From Orenia marismortui DSM 5156 (lineage in GTDB: Bacteria; Bacillota; Halanaerobiia; Halobacteroidales; Halobacteroidaceae), in the NCBI RefSeq assembly GCF_000379025.1, contig NZ_KB900617.1:858820-922819 (forward strand): a DNA stretch of 64,000 nucleotides, read 5' to 3'. Numbering within the stretch: position 1 is the first letter of the stretch; each line of letters begins with the position of its first letter. This document shows, one piece after another, positions 19,801-27,620 of the stretch. The position numbers were made by a program, and so were the translations under genes. The notes beneath the pieces were generated by a model. The model worked only from the letters and a program-made list of their open reading frames with translations, did no database searches and had not been told where the DNA came from.

Positions 19801-21773
19801 TCAGAAGTCTTAGTTGCATCTTCAATCTTTAAAGTATTTACTATATTAATTAGCATTTCTAATTCTTCTGATACTTTGACTATCTTTTGATTCAGTTCTT
19901 TTCCATCTACAAGCTTTTCAACTGTAGTTAAATTATTCTCTATGGACTTTACCTCTTCAATATAAGGATTTAAGCTTTCATCTTTGAGGAGAAAATTAGT
20001 ACAATCCAATGATAATTTATCATTCTTCTCTTTTATCTTTTTAGATAGATCTTCAACCTTCTTCTCATCAATAAATTGTAAATCCTTAAGTGCTGAGATC
20101 TCTCCTCTGACCTTTCTTATTTTAGTCAGATATTTTACAAAGTCATTGATATTTTCAAAGCTAGTATAGCCAATAGCTTTACTAATATCCTCGACCTTCT
20201 CTTTGACCTCATTATAGCTATTAGTTGTATTCTCTTTAATCTTAGTAACCTTATCAAACTCTTTAATCGCAATTGCCCCTGCTTCTTTAATTTTAAGCAG
20301 TGACTCTTTTATATTAAAGGCTTCCTTTTTGTCTAGCCAGAAATAATTATTGATAATATTTTCAGCATCTTTTACTATATCTACATATAAACCATAGTAG
20401 CTATCATCTTTTTGAGATAAGCTATAAAGCGAATAACAATCAGCCATCAATCTAACTATCTCTTTATTTCCGATATTATATAAGAATTCGTCCTTCTTCT
20501 CATCCTTTTCTTCTAATATATCTTTTACAAAGGAAGTCTGCCAAATTTGAATGGTATGATTTCTTTTAGGCTCTTGTCCTGCTTTAAAGATAATCAATTC
20601 TCCATTATCAAAATGTGAATATCCATTACAAATTATTGGCGTTTCAATATCTTGATGAATTATATTATAATTATGAATATAGTACTCTCCTGTTACTATA
20701 TCATAGAAGATATATTGATAGTCTTCACCATTTATAGAAGCTTTTTTATTTTGAAAGACTACATTCTGATAATCTACTTGAAATTTTTTAAAACCTCCTG
20801 CTTGTAAAAAGATACCATCAGGAAAGATTATTCCATGGTCTTCTGGCAATAAAACTACTGATTTTGCTATAGAATCTATCCGCTGTACTTCCTTCGTCTT
20901 CTCATTAAAGACAATATATCTATAATTCTCTTCTTGGTAGGGTTTTATCTTAAGTAAAATAAGATTTCCTACTATAGAATAGAAGATATCAGCATCATCA
21001 AGCTTTTGATCTTTTTGCTCTACTTCTTCTGCATAAATACCTTCTCCAGAATTTGTATTATCCTCTATCTTTAAGGTTAACGTCCCACCAATAGTTTCTA
21101 CAAATATACGATCTTCAATGGAAATATGGGGATGAAGACCAGCAACCTGGTCTTCTCTTGTAGTTATTTTCCATTCTATTTCTTGTTGGGTAGGATATAA
21201 AATCTCATGACTAAACCTATTACCCAAATACTCTATACTTTTATCTTCTTTGATTACCCATTTAAAACTCTTGATATCATCTACCTTATCTCCATTTTGA
21301 AAGACCATATAAATAAAATTATCTTTCTCATGAAATTTCGTAAAAAAACTATCTTTATAATATTTATACAACTCTTTAAAATCACTTTTAAATTGCTTAT
21401 CATTTAATAAAGAATAATCTTCACGAACAAATCTATCGCCATTATAAGTATATATAGAAAATACATCACTCAATTTACTTTCTGACTTTAATCCTAAGTG
21501 AACATTATATCCCAAAATAACTTTATTTCCTACTGGGACTATATCTCTAGGGATACAACTATTTTCTGTAACTATAGCTTCACTCTTCTTTAAGGTGTTT
21601 TTTATTTCGCCATATATCTCTATTCTCTTTTGATCTAATTTCTCTAATTTTTCTTTTAACTCTTTAGTTCTTTCAGTTAATCTATTTCTAATAACATTGT
21701 AAGAAGCAAAATTCTCCTGTTTTTTTTCTTGCTTAACTTCTTCCCCCATATCTATATCTATCCCCTTACCCAA
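16887..21773 (-). CDS. Giant (1628 aa) coiled-coil protein with a C-terminal AAA+ ATPase domain of AAA_5/MoxR-like type. The N-terminal roughly 500 aa is a beta-rich domain of unknown family.
   Basis: Walker A 'SPPGYGKTT'; Walker B-like 'VMIYLDDIQ'; sensor motif 'VVMAGNPY'. A heptad-like coiled-coil region of more than 600 aa precedes the ATPase. The start codon overlaps the flotillin stop by 8 bp. Confidence 0.7.
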   Translation of the reverse strand: MGKGIDIDMGEEVKQEKKQENFASYNVIRNRLTERTKELKEKLEKLDQKRIEIYGEIKNTLKKSEAIVTENSCIPRDIVPVGNKVILGYNVHLGLKSESKLSDVFSIYTYNGDRFVREDYSLLNDKQFKSDFKELYKYYKDSFFTKFHEKDNFIYMVFQNGDKVDDIKSFKWVIKEDKSIEYLGNRFSHEILYPTQQEIEWKITTREDQVAGLHPHISIEDRIFVETIGGTLTLKIEDNTNSGEGIYAEEVEQKDQKLDDADIFYSIVGNLILLKIKPYQEENYRYIVFNEKTKEVQRIDSIAKSVVLLPEDHGIIFPDGIFLQAGGFKKFQVDYQNVVFQNKKASINGEDYQYIFYDIVTGEYYIHNYNIIHQDIETPIICNGYSHFDNGELIIFKAGQEPKRNHTIQIWQTSFVKDILEEKDEKKDEFLYNIGNKEIVRLMADCYSLYSLSQKDDSYYGLYVDIVKDAENIINNYFWLDKKEAFNIKESLLKIKEAGAIAIKEFDKVTKIKENTTNSYNEVKEKVEDISKAIGYTSFENINDFVKYLTKIRKVRGEISALKDLQFIDEKKVEDLSKKIKEKNDKLSLDCTNFLLKDESLNPYIEEVKSIENNLTTVEKLVDGKELNQKIVKVSEELEMLINIVNTLKIEDATKTSEIIDKISVLFSNLNQSKSKLKNKIDNLNAREKEAEFYSKLNLLTHSVSNYLDLSTNVEKTEDYMSKIIVQIDELESKFSDFDEFLVMLTEKRDEVISTFESKKQQLIEKKNKKIDSLSNAADRIFKSLKNRVKSFEEVSSINELLSTSPMVDKIRDIIEQLIELGDSTKADDIENKLKSLKESSIKQLKDKKELFLDENTIKFGNNHFLVNNQKPELSLLKKEDGFYFHISGTDFWEQVDAEEFSNYQEVWDQKVISENEEVYRGEFLAYNIFKNYQENNSLEELYQKDEQTLNRIIKEYIQEHSNEYYTKGVHDHDAYKILSTLVNIYWELELASYNPKVRAVANLFWQFGLIQERKEKLQNRLKTVNMISKYSKRGLIEGFIPSLAKEVESFVDENPWIETDDNQKIAEYLAKEISQNETFVLSVEAAEIYENFDNFLISKGGKKDFKKSLENLSDDLEGRYILVNEWVQSYLYEEELEFNDYIYEVLVSLILGDYSNRRAINKKSEMIIDKLVGTHKVIDNGKYQINLIDFLHKLDNFKNKIIPQYQKFQQLKFAKIEEIKNKINFNDLQPKVLTSFVRSKLIDQVYLPLIGDNLAKQIGTAGKNKRTDNMGMLLMISPPGYGKTTLMEYVANRLSMMLVKVNCPTIGHGVTSLDPAEAKNAGAREELKKLNLAFELGNNVMIYLDDIQHSNPEFLQKFISLCDGQRKIEGVYNGVSKTYEFRGKKVAVVMAGNPYTESGDKFKIPDMLANRADVYNLGDMLRENEEAFKLSYIENAVTSNTYLNNIYMKDSGDIYKLIQAIDTGDRGDIDLNGSYTEEEIEEALSVLESCLKIRDEILKVNMEYIYSSSQSDEYRTEPPFKLQGSYRNINKIVEKVVPIMNDNEIKGLVENSYINDAQTLATEAEASLLKFYEISNRMTEEQQQRWQEIKEIYLKKKSEKDGQNVIQVIQELNQIGESLKLIGNSMK

Positions 21774-23805
21774 TTATTGATTTTATTGGATCATTTTCTA
21801 CTCCAAGTTCTTTAGCTTTATCTAAGATCTTAGTTATAGCTGTGCTTGGAGTGCCATTAGAATCATCCATATATTTCATTATAGCACTAGAAATTGTAAG
21901 GTTCTTTATTGCTTCAGTATCAACATTAAAACTATTGATTAAAGTTTTTAACTGCTTTTGAAAATTATCTATATCTCCATTAAAAAATGTATCCTTTACA
22001 TCGGTTAAGACATTAGAATTATTAACCAATCTATCAACTTGCTTTCCAGCACTAATTGAATTTATTAGCTTATCAAAGAAGATTGAGTCTCCACCAACGA
22101 TATCAACATTAGCATTCTTCAATCCGTCTTTCATTATTTCTGCTTGTGCCCTTGCTATCTCTGCTTTAATACCTATCTCTGCTAGTTCTACTTCCTTATC
22201 CTTATTTAGTTTTAATTTAAACTCTTCATGCTCTTTTCCTACAGAATCCAACTTTTTCATTGCTTCTGCTTTTCTGTTAATTCCTTCAGCTTCTGCTAAT
22301 GCCTTTTCTCTAGTTACTTGTGCTTCTGATTCACCTTTAACTTTAATTGCTTTAGCTTCTGCTGCTGCTTGCATCTCTTCAACTTTAGCTTTTGAAGCAC
22401 CTTCTGCTTCAAAGGCCTCTGCCTGTGCTTTCATTACTCTAGAATCAGAGATTCCTTGTACTGAAGCTTCCTCTGCCTTAGCATCTGCCATAATCTTAAT
22501 AGACTCAGCCTTCTTATGGGAGGTCTTTAGTTCAGTATCTGCCATTATAACCTCTTTTTCAGCTAATTCTTGAGCACTTTGTTTTTCTGCCTCAGCAAGT
22601 TTGATCTTGTCAATTGCCTTAACTTCTGCATCACTTTCAGCCTTTGTAACATTTACCTGCTTATCTCTATTAGCCTGAGCTATCTCTATAGTATCCTTTA
22701 TCTTCTCTTCTTCCTCTGCTACTGATTTCTCAACCATTACTCTTTCTCTAACTACTTCTTGCATACTCTTCTTCTCTTTTTCTAAATCCTTTTCCTTAGC
22801 TATTTTGGCAAGAGAAACTACTTTCTCTCGTTCTGTTCTTTCTATTTCTGTCTCTTTTTGTGCTCTTTCTTGTTGTACAGATTCTGTTCCTTCTTTGGAT
22901 ACTCTAGCAATAATTATCTGTCTATCTTTATTCTCTTCAGCAATTGAAATCTCTTCATCAGTCTTGATTCTTGTTCTTTCTGCTTTTAATCGCTCTTCCT
23001 CTTCTACAATTTTTATTTGAGAATTTTCTCTAGATTTCATATTAGCTATTTCTCTCTTTTGCTTCTCTTCTGCTTCAGTCTGCTGTCTTTCCAATTCTAA
23101 AACAGCCTCTCTGGCACTTACATCTTGTTTAACAATTGTCTTCTCTTTATTTCTTTTAATTTCATTTGATTTCATTGCCTGAGTTGCAGTTAATTCAATA
23201 ATCTTTTTAATACCTTCTGAGTCAAGTACATTATTCTCATCTAAATTCTCTACCTTTGTCTGTTCTAAATAATCAATGGCAGCATCATCTAATACATAAC
23301 CATTAAGATCAGTTCCTATCACTTGAAGAATCTCTTCTTTAAAAGTATCTCTTTCAGTATAAAGTTGCGTAAATTCAAATTTCTTTCCAACTGTTTTTAA
23401 AGCTTCTGAAAATTTAGCATCAAAAAATTCCATTAAAGTAGCAGTATCAGATGCTTTTTTAGTTCCTAAAGATTTAGCAACTCTTAGTACATCCTTCTCT
23501 GTATGATTTACCCTTACAAAGAAAGCTACCTTGATATCGGCTCGTAAATTATCTTTACATATCAGTCCAGCTTTGCCACTTCTCTCGATCTCTACCTTTT
23601 TAATAGATACATCCATCTTCTCCCAATGGTGCAATATCGGAATAATCCAGGTTCCAGTAAAGGAGACCTTTGACCCTCCAATTCCATTCTTTACAATAGC
23701 AGTTCCTTGATCTACTTTCTTATAAAATAGTGTTAATAATATAGGAAAGGCTATAAAAATTAAAAAGGCCACTCCTCCAACAACATATAATATCATTTTT
23801 AACAT
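21766..23805 (-). CDS. floT: Flotillin-like SPFH/band-7 protein (FloT/YqiK family, 679 aa).
   Basis: N-terminal TM helix; SPFH domain '...RADIKVAFFVRVNHTEKDVLRVAKSLG...'; long Glu/Ala/Lys-rich flotillin coiled coil. Confidence 0.8.
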   Translation of the reverse strand: MLKMILYVVGGVAFLIFIAFPILLTLFYKKVDQGTAIVKNGIGGSKVSFTGTWIIPILHHWEKMDVSIKKVEIERSGKAGLICKDNLRADIKVAFFVRVNHTEKDVLRVAKSLGTKKASDTATLMEFFDAKFSEALKTVGKKFEFTQLYTERDTFKEEILQVIGTDLNGYVLDDAAIDYLEQTKVENLDENNVLDSEGIKKIIELTATQAMKSNEIKRNKEKTIVKQDVSAREAVLELERQQTEAEEKQKREIANMKSRENSQIKIVEEEERLKAERTRIKTDEEISIAEENKDRQIIIARVSKEGTESVQQERAQKETEIERTEREKVVSLAKIAKEKDLEKEKKSMQEVVRERVMVEKSVAEEEEKIKDTIEIAQANRDKQVNVTKAESDAEVKAIDKIKLAEAEKQSAQELAEKEVIMADTELKTSHKKAESIKIMADAKAEEASVQGISDSRVMKAQAEAFEAEGASKAKVEEMQAAAEAKAIKVKGESEAQVTREKALAEAEGINRKAEAMKKLDSVGKEHEEFKLKLNKDKEVELAEIGIKAEIARAQAEIMKDGLKNANVDIVGGDSIFFDKLINSISAGKQVDRLVNNSNVLTDVKDTFFNGDIDNFQKQLKTLINSFNVDTEAIKNLTISSAIMKYMDDSNGTPSTAITKILDKAKELGVENDPIKSIIG

Positions 23806-24057
23806 TAAACATTCCTCCTTGACACTATATAATTTTTATGTAAAAAAAGCTTATCTCATCTTAATATAAAAGATCTTTAGAGACATAGCTTATATAAACT
23901 TTATAAATAAATTCACTTACTTCCCACCAGCTCAAAAAACTCCTTAGCTATTAATAATCTAAAAAATTATAATACCGCCACAGACTAGACCCCAATGTCA
24001 TAAAGCTATACTGCAATAAAAAAGAACTTAATGTTAATTATCTTAAATTTATGAAAA

Positions 24058-24215
24058 GTTCCTCTCTCTTAAGAATAAGAGAGAGGTTAGGAGATTTCTT
24101 TTATCACGGAGTGGTCGTTAGACCCGTAGAGAGAGTTGTGAGTTTTTAAAACCTCGAACTCTCCCCTTAATCCCCTCTCTTCATCCCAAGCGAGGGGAAA
24201 AACATAACCCCTTTC
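24058..24215. repeat. MITE-like palindromic element, copy A. Its roughly 85-bp core is shared in reverse orientation with 55538-55619.
   Basis: Palindrome 'cctctctcttaagaataagagagagg' followed by 'ttaggagatttcttttatcacggagtggtcgttagacccgtagagagagttgtgag' and a second hairpin 'cccctc...gagggg'. Confidence 0.7.
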
Positions 24216-24322
24216 AAAACATTTGTGAATTAATGGTATTGTAAATTGATGACATTGGGCTGAATCCTGTGGCTAATAAATTACTCATAAATAGTTGAAC
24301 ATTTAACTATTTCATCTTTCTA

Positions 24323-24988
24323 TTAAATATTTAACTTCTCTTTTACAATATATAGTTCTTTCCCTTGAACTTTTGATACTACAATTATTTGACTACCCTT
24401 CAAAATGTTTTCTCCTAAAGACTTTACATTAATTACAATAGGATATCCATTAACTATAATTTCAGCCTGAGCAATATTTCCAGAATTCAAACTGGACTTC
24501 AAAACACAGCTCTGACCAATAATCTTAATATCACTTCTGTCTTCCATAGAGGCAAAAAATCCTTTCAATGGCTCTGTAAGTCCTTTAGTTATAAAAATTG
24601 ATATTATAAAATTCTGTACAAATATTAAAATCCCCAAAAAGGAGTTTGGAGAAATATTCGTATAATAAACTAACATGGTCAAAGACCATAGTACAAGAAA
24701 TAAAATAGTACCGTAAAACATAATAGGCACAGCACCAATATTTAAAAATTTTAATATCTTTACAGAATAATATTTTACTGTTCCCAGCTCTGATTTTATT
24801 TCTTCAGGATCAATTCCACCATCAAAGTACATATTAGATGAAAAGTCCACCTCTAAGTCTAATTCAAAATCTATAGTATCAAAGGAGAATATGCCCAATA
24901 TTATTAAGAGCCAGTAGGTTATTACCATAATTAAAAAAATAGAAGGTAGTATATTGATTCCAGTAAAAGCAAATTGAATATATTCCAT
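24323..24988 (-). CDS. NfeD-like (YuaF/YqiJ-type) membrane protein and flotillin partner (221 aa).
   Basis: N-terminal TM helices plus a C-terminal Gly/Val-rich beta-barrel-like domain, located upstream of the flotillin gene. Confidence 0.5.
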   Translation of the reverse strand: MEYIQFAFTGINILPSIFLIMVITYWLLIILGIFSFDTIDFELDLEVDFSSNMYFDGGIDPEEIKSELGTVKYYSVKILKFLNIGAVPIMFYGTILFLVLWSLTMLVYYTNISPNSFLGILIFVQNFIISIFITKGLTEPLKGFFASMEDRSDIKIIGQSCVLKSSLNSGNIAQAEIIVNGYPIVINVKSLGENILKGSQIIVVSKVQGKELYIVKEKLNI

Positions 24989-25173
24989 AATGTCTCCTTT
25001 CTATTTAGTGTCAGGCAATTCTTTATTCTTAGGAAATTGTTTTTGACATAGGCTTAAGGATTTATTTTTAAACCTGAAGCTAAAACTCGTAGTGAGTAAA
25101 TCCACAAGTCTCAATAATTCCTTGTCTTTAAATTTTGAGCTTCGGTCTTTGATTTTAAATTTTTAATTCTAAA

Positions 25174-25980
25174 TCATAAATTGCCCTTATATTCGTATTG
25201 ATTTATTCGATTTGCCATCTTCTGTAAGTCAGCAATACTTAAATCAAACTCCTTCTTGGCCTGACTTGAAGATGTTTTAACTCTTCCTAATTTTATTTTC
25301 ATATTATCTATATCTGTCATTGCTTTTTCATTAATAGATAGATATCTATCTATAGAATCTAGTTCGCCTAAAATCATCCCTTTTCTCTTTTGCAAAGATA
25401 TAAGCTCTTCTCTCATCTCAGTCGTTAAATCTGCTTTGTTTTCCAACATATCGATCCTAAAGTTTATGTAACCTAGATTAACATCTTCTATTGATTGATA
25501 AATATTCTTTATCTTTTCTAAATTATCTAAAATATTATAATAAACTTCTTCGGTTACGCTCATAAATCTTTCATAAGTTATCTCTTCTTTATCTAGCTTA
25601 ATATCTAGGATATTTTTAAACTTTTCAAATTTATCAATTAACCTGAGTAATTGATTTAAAGCCAGCCTAGCACTTTCTTTATAATATTTAGAACTTGTTA
25701 AATCACTAAATTGTAATTTTAACTCTTCAATGAACTCTATAATTCCTTTATTGTATGAAATTGAAGCTTCTGATAGCTTTATATCTTCCAAATCCTTTAA
25801 TGGAGATTTTTCAGTTTTAGCTTTGAACTTTGTTCTATCTAATCTCAAGTTTAAAACTTCGACTAATAACGCTCCTACTATAATTCCAAGTCCAAATTTT
25901 TGAAGCGAGTCTGAAAAGAAAATAACTTCTATAGCTATTACAAAAGGGATCAATTTCTTTATGATTTTTTTCTTATCCAC
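25174..25980 (-). CDS. Membrane-anchored coiled-coil protein, possibly an XpaC-like partner of TelA (268 aa).
   Basis: Two N-terminal TM helices then a coiled coil. It lies 11 bp downstream of the telA-like gene. The family assignment is tentative. Confidence 0.35.
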   Translation of the reverse strand: MDKKKIIKKLIPFVIAIEVIFFSDSLQKFGLGIIVGALLVEVLNLRLDRTKFKAKTEKSPLKDLEDIKLSEASISYNKGIIEFIEELKLQFSDLTSSKYYKESARLALNQLLRLIDKFEKFKNILDIKLDKEEITYERFMSVTEEVYYNILDNLEKIKNIYQSIEDVNLGYINFRIDMLENKADLTTEMREELISLQKRKGMILGELDSIDRYLSINEKAMTDIDNMKIKLGRVKTSSSQAKKEFDLSIADLQKMANRINQYEYKGNL

Positions 25981-25991
25981 CTTTATACTCC

Positions 25992-27167
25992 TTAATTATT
26001 AACTTTCTTATTATCGATCTTATCTTCATCGAGCAGATTTATATTTTTAGCCTTAGCAAAACCTTTAATTTTTTCTTCCCCTGCTGTAATAAGTTCGTTA
26101 AACTCTTCTATTGACTCTTTCATCTTTGGTAGAGATTTAAGCCTAAAACTTGTTATTTCATCCATTGCATCATTTATGTCTTTAAAAGCCTCTTTTAATT
26201 TATCGGCTTCCAACATAGATGAAGAAGCTTGCTTTTGAATTTCAATTCCCTGTTCTTTTAATTTTTCAGCAGTCCCAGCTATTAAATTATTGGTAGCAGC
26301 ATTTAAAGCGTTTATCTTATCTAATACAAGTTTCTGATCTGCAAGAGCTTGAGAAACTATTATCGCTATTTCTAAAGCATTTACTGTGACCATCTTTGCT
26401 CTATCTATTCCCCTAATTAATTCCTTATTATTCTTCTTTATAATTTCTATCGCAAATATCCCTTGTTGGTTTATAGACTGTTGTTGCTGTAAGTCCATTA
26501 CCCTTTGTCTTAGAGGGAATTGTATCTCTTCCATTAAAAATTTCCTTTTATCTTCATCTCTTATAGATTCTATTTCTACTGATAACCTTTTATCAATATA
26601 ATTACCCATTTCTATATATTTACTTAATCTCTTAGTCAAATTATACATATCTTCTTGGTCATAAGTTAAAGTAATATTATCTCTTTTTAATATCCCTTTA
26701 GATTTCTCCAAACTTTCTATAATCTTATTAATTATTTCTTCTGAACTCTTATATTTATCAAAGTATTTATTCACTGGATTGAAAATTTTAAATATTCCCT
26801 TGCTTCTTTTTGTAAAATCAATATCACTTGGATCTAAATCTTCTACAGTAGACTTTAGTTCTAATAAAGAATTAGCTACTCTTTCTCCATCTGAACTTTT
26901 TGCAGAAATACTCTGAACAGATGTCTTTAACTTGGCACTATTTAATGAACTTTCTTTCTGCACATCTATTCCAAGCTTATCAATATTGCTAATCGCTATA
27001 TCTCTTTCTTCTACTTCTTTATCATTTAGCATTAATAAGCTTTCAATAAAGTCTTCAGATTGCTTTTCAAGTTCAGTTAATTCCTCTTTAGGAACACTAT
27101 TTTCTTCCTCAATCTTCTCTTTTAGCTCTCTATCCTCTGGTAAAATCAAAGAAAAATCATTACTCAT
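25992..27167 (-). CDS. TelA-like (toxic anion resistance, YaaN family) protein (391 aa).
   Basis: Size, charged coiled-coil character and TelA-like N-terminal region '...IDKLGIDVQKESSLNSAKL...'. Confidence 0.6.
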   Translation of the reverse strand: MSNDFSLILPEDRELKEKIEEENSVPKEELTELEKQSEDFIESLLMLNDKEVEERDIAISNIDKLGIDVQKESSLNSAKLKTSVQSISAKSSDGERVANSLLELKSTVEDLDPSDIDFTKRSKGIFKIFNPVNKYFDKYKSSEEIINKIIESLEKSKGILKRDNITLTYDQEDMYNLTKRLSKYIEMGNYIDKRLSVEIESIRDEDKRKFLMEEIQFPLRQRVMDLQQQQSINQQGIFAIEIIKKNNKELIRGIDRAKMVTVNALEIAIIVSQALADQKLVLDKINALNAATNNLIAGTAEKLKEQGIEIQKQASSSMLEADKLKEAFKDINDAMDEITSFRLKSLPKMKESIEEFNELITAGEEKIKGFAKAKNINLLDEDKIDNKKVNN

Positions 27168-27552
27168 TATTACCCTCCCTATTCTATCCTGATAATTTTT
27201 TTCTTATTTCTTAGTCTAAAAATATAAGCAAGTTTGTAATTAAAATCATTTTATTTTAAAATTTTACTTATAATTGCATTTTTAATCTATCATGTAAAAT
27301 TATAGATGTCAAGCGATTTTATTATTAAAAAATCAGCTCCCAATTTGCATCAAAGCTTTAAATCTCTAATTATTAAATTTTGATAATTTAGTTTGTACCA
27401 AGTTAAAATAAGCGTTTTTGTTATTTGTTTGATATTTTATTATTTATATCTTTTAATACTATATATTACAAATCTCTATTCGATTCTTACTTTTATAATT
27501 ACTAAAAACAAAAATTAATCTTTAAATCATAGAGCTAAATCCCTTATTAATC

Positions 27553-27590
27553 ATCAAAAACCCGACCATTAATGGTCGGGTTCTTTTAAC
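27553..27590 (-). terminator. Terminator 'cccgaccattaatggtcggg' followed by T5, after the 1404-aa gene.
   Basis: The minus-strand read is 'gaacccgaccattaatggtcgggtttttgatg'. Confidence 0.7.
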
Positions 27591-27620
27591 TATATTTTTT
27601 AACTCTTTATCAAAATCATC

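Noticed and set aside
19984-23020. Plus-strand ORFs 19984..20169, 21207..21407 and 22805..23020.
   Set aside because: They lie antisense within the giant ATPase and flotillin genes and are AT-rich low-complexity shadows.
26386-27192. Plus-strand ORFs 26386..26601 and 26932..27192.
   Set aside because: They lie antisense inside the TelA-like gene.
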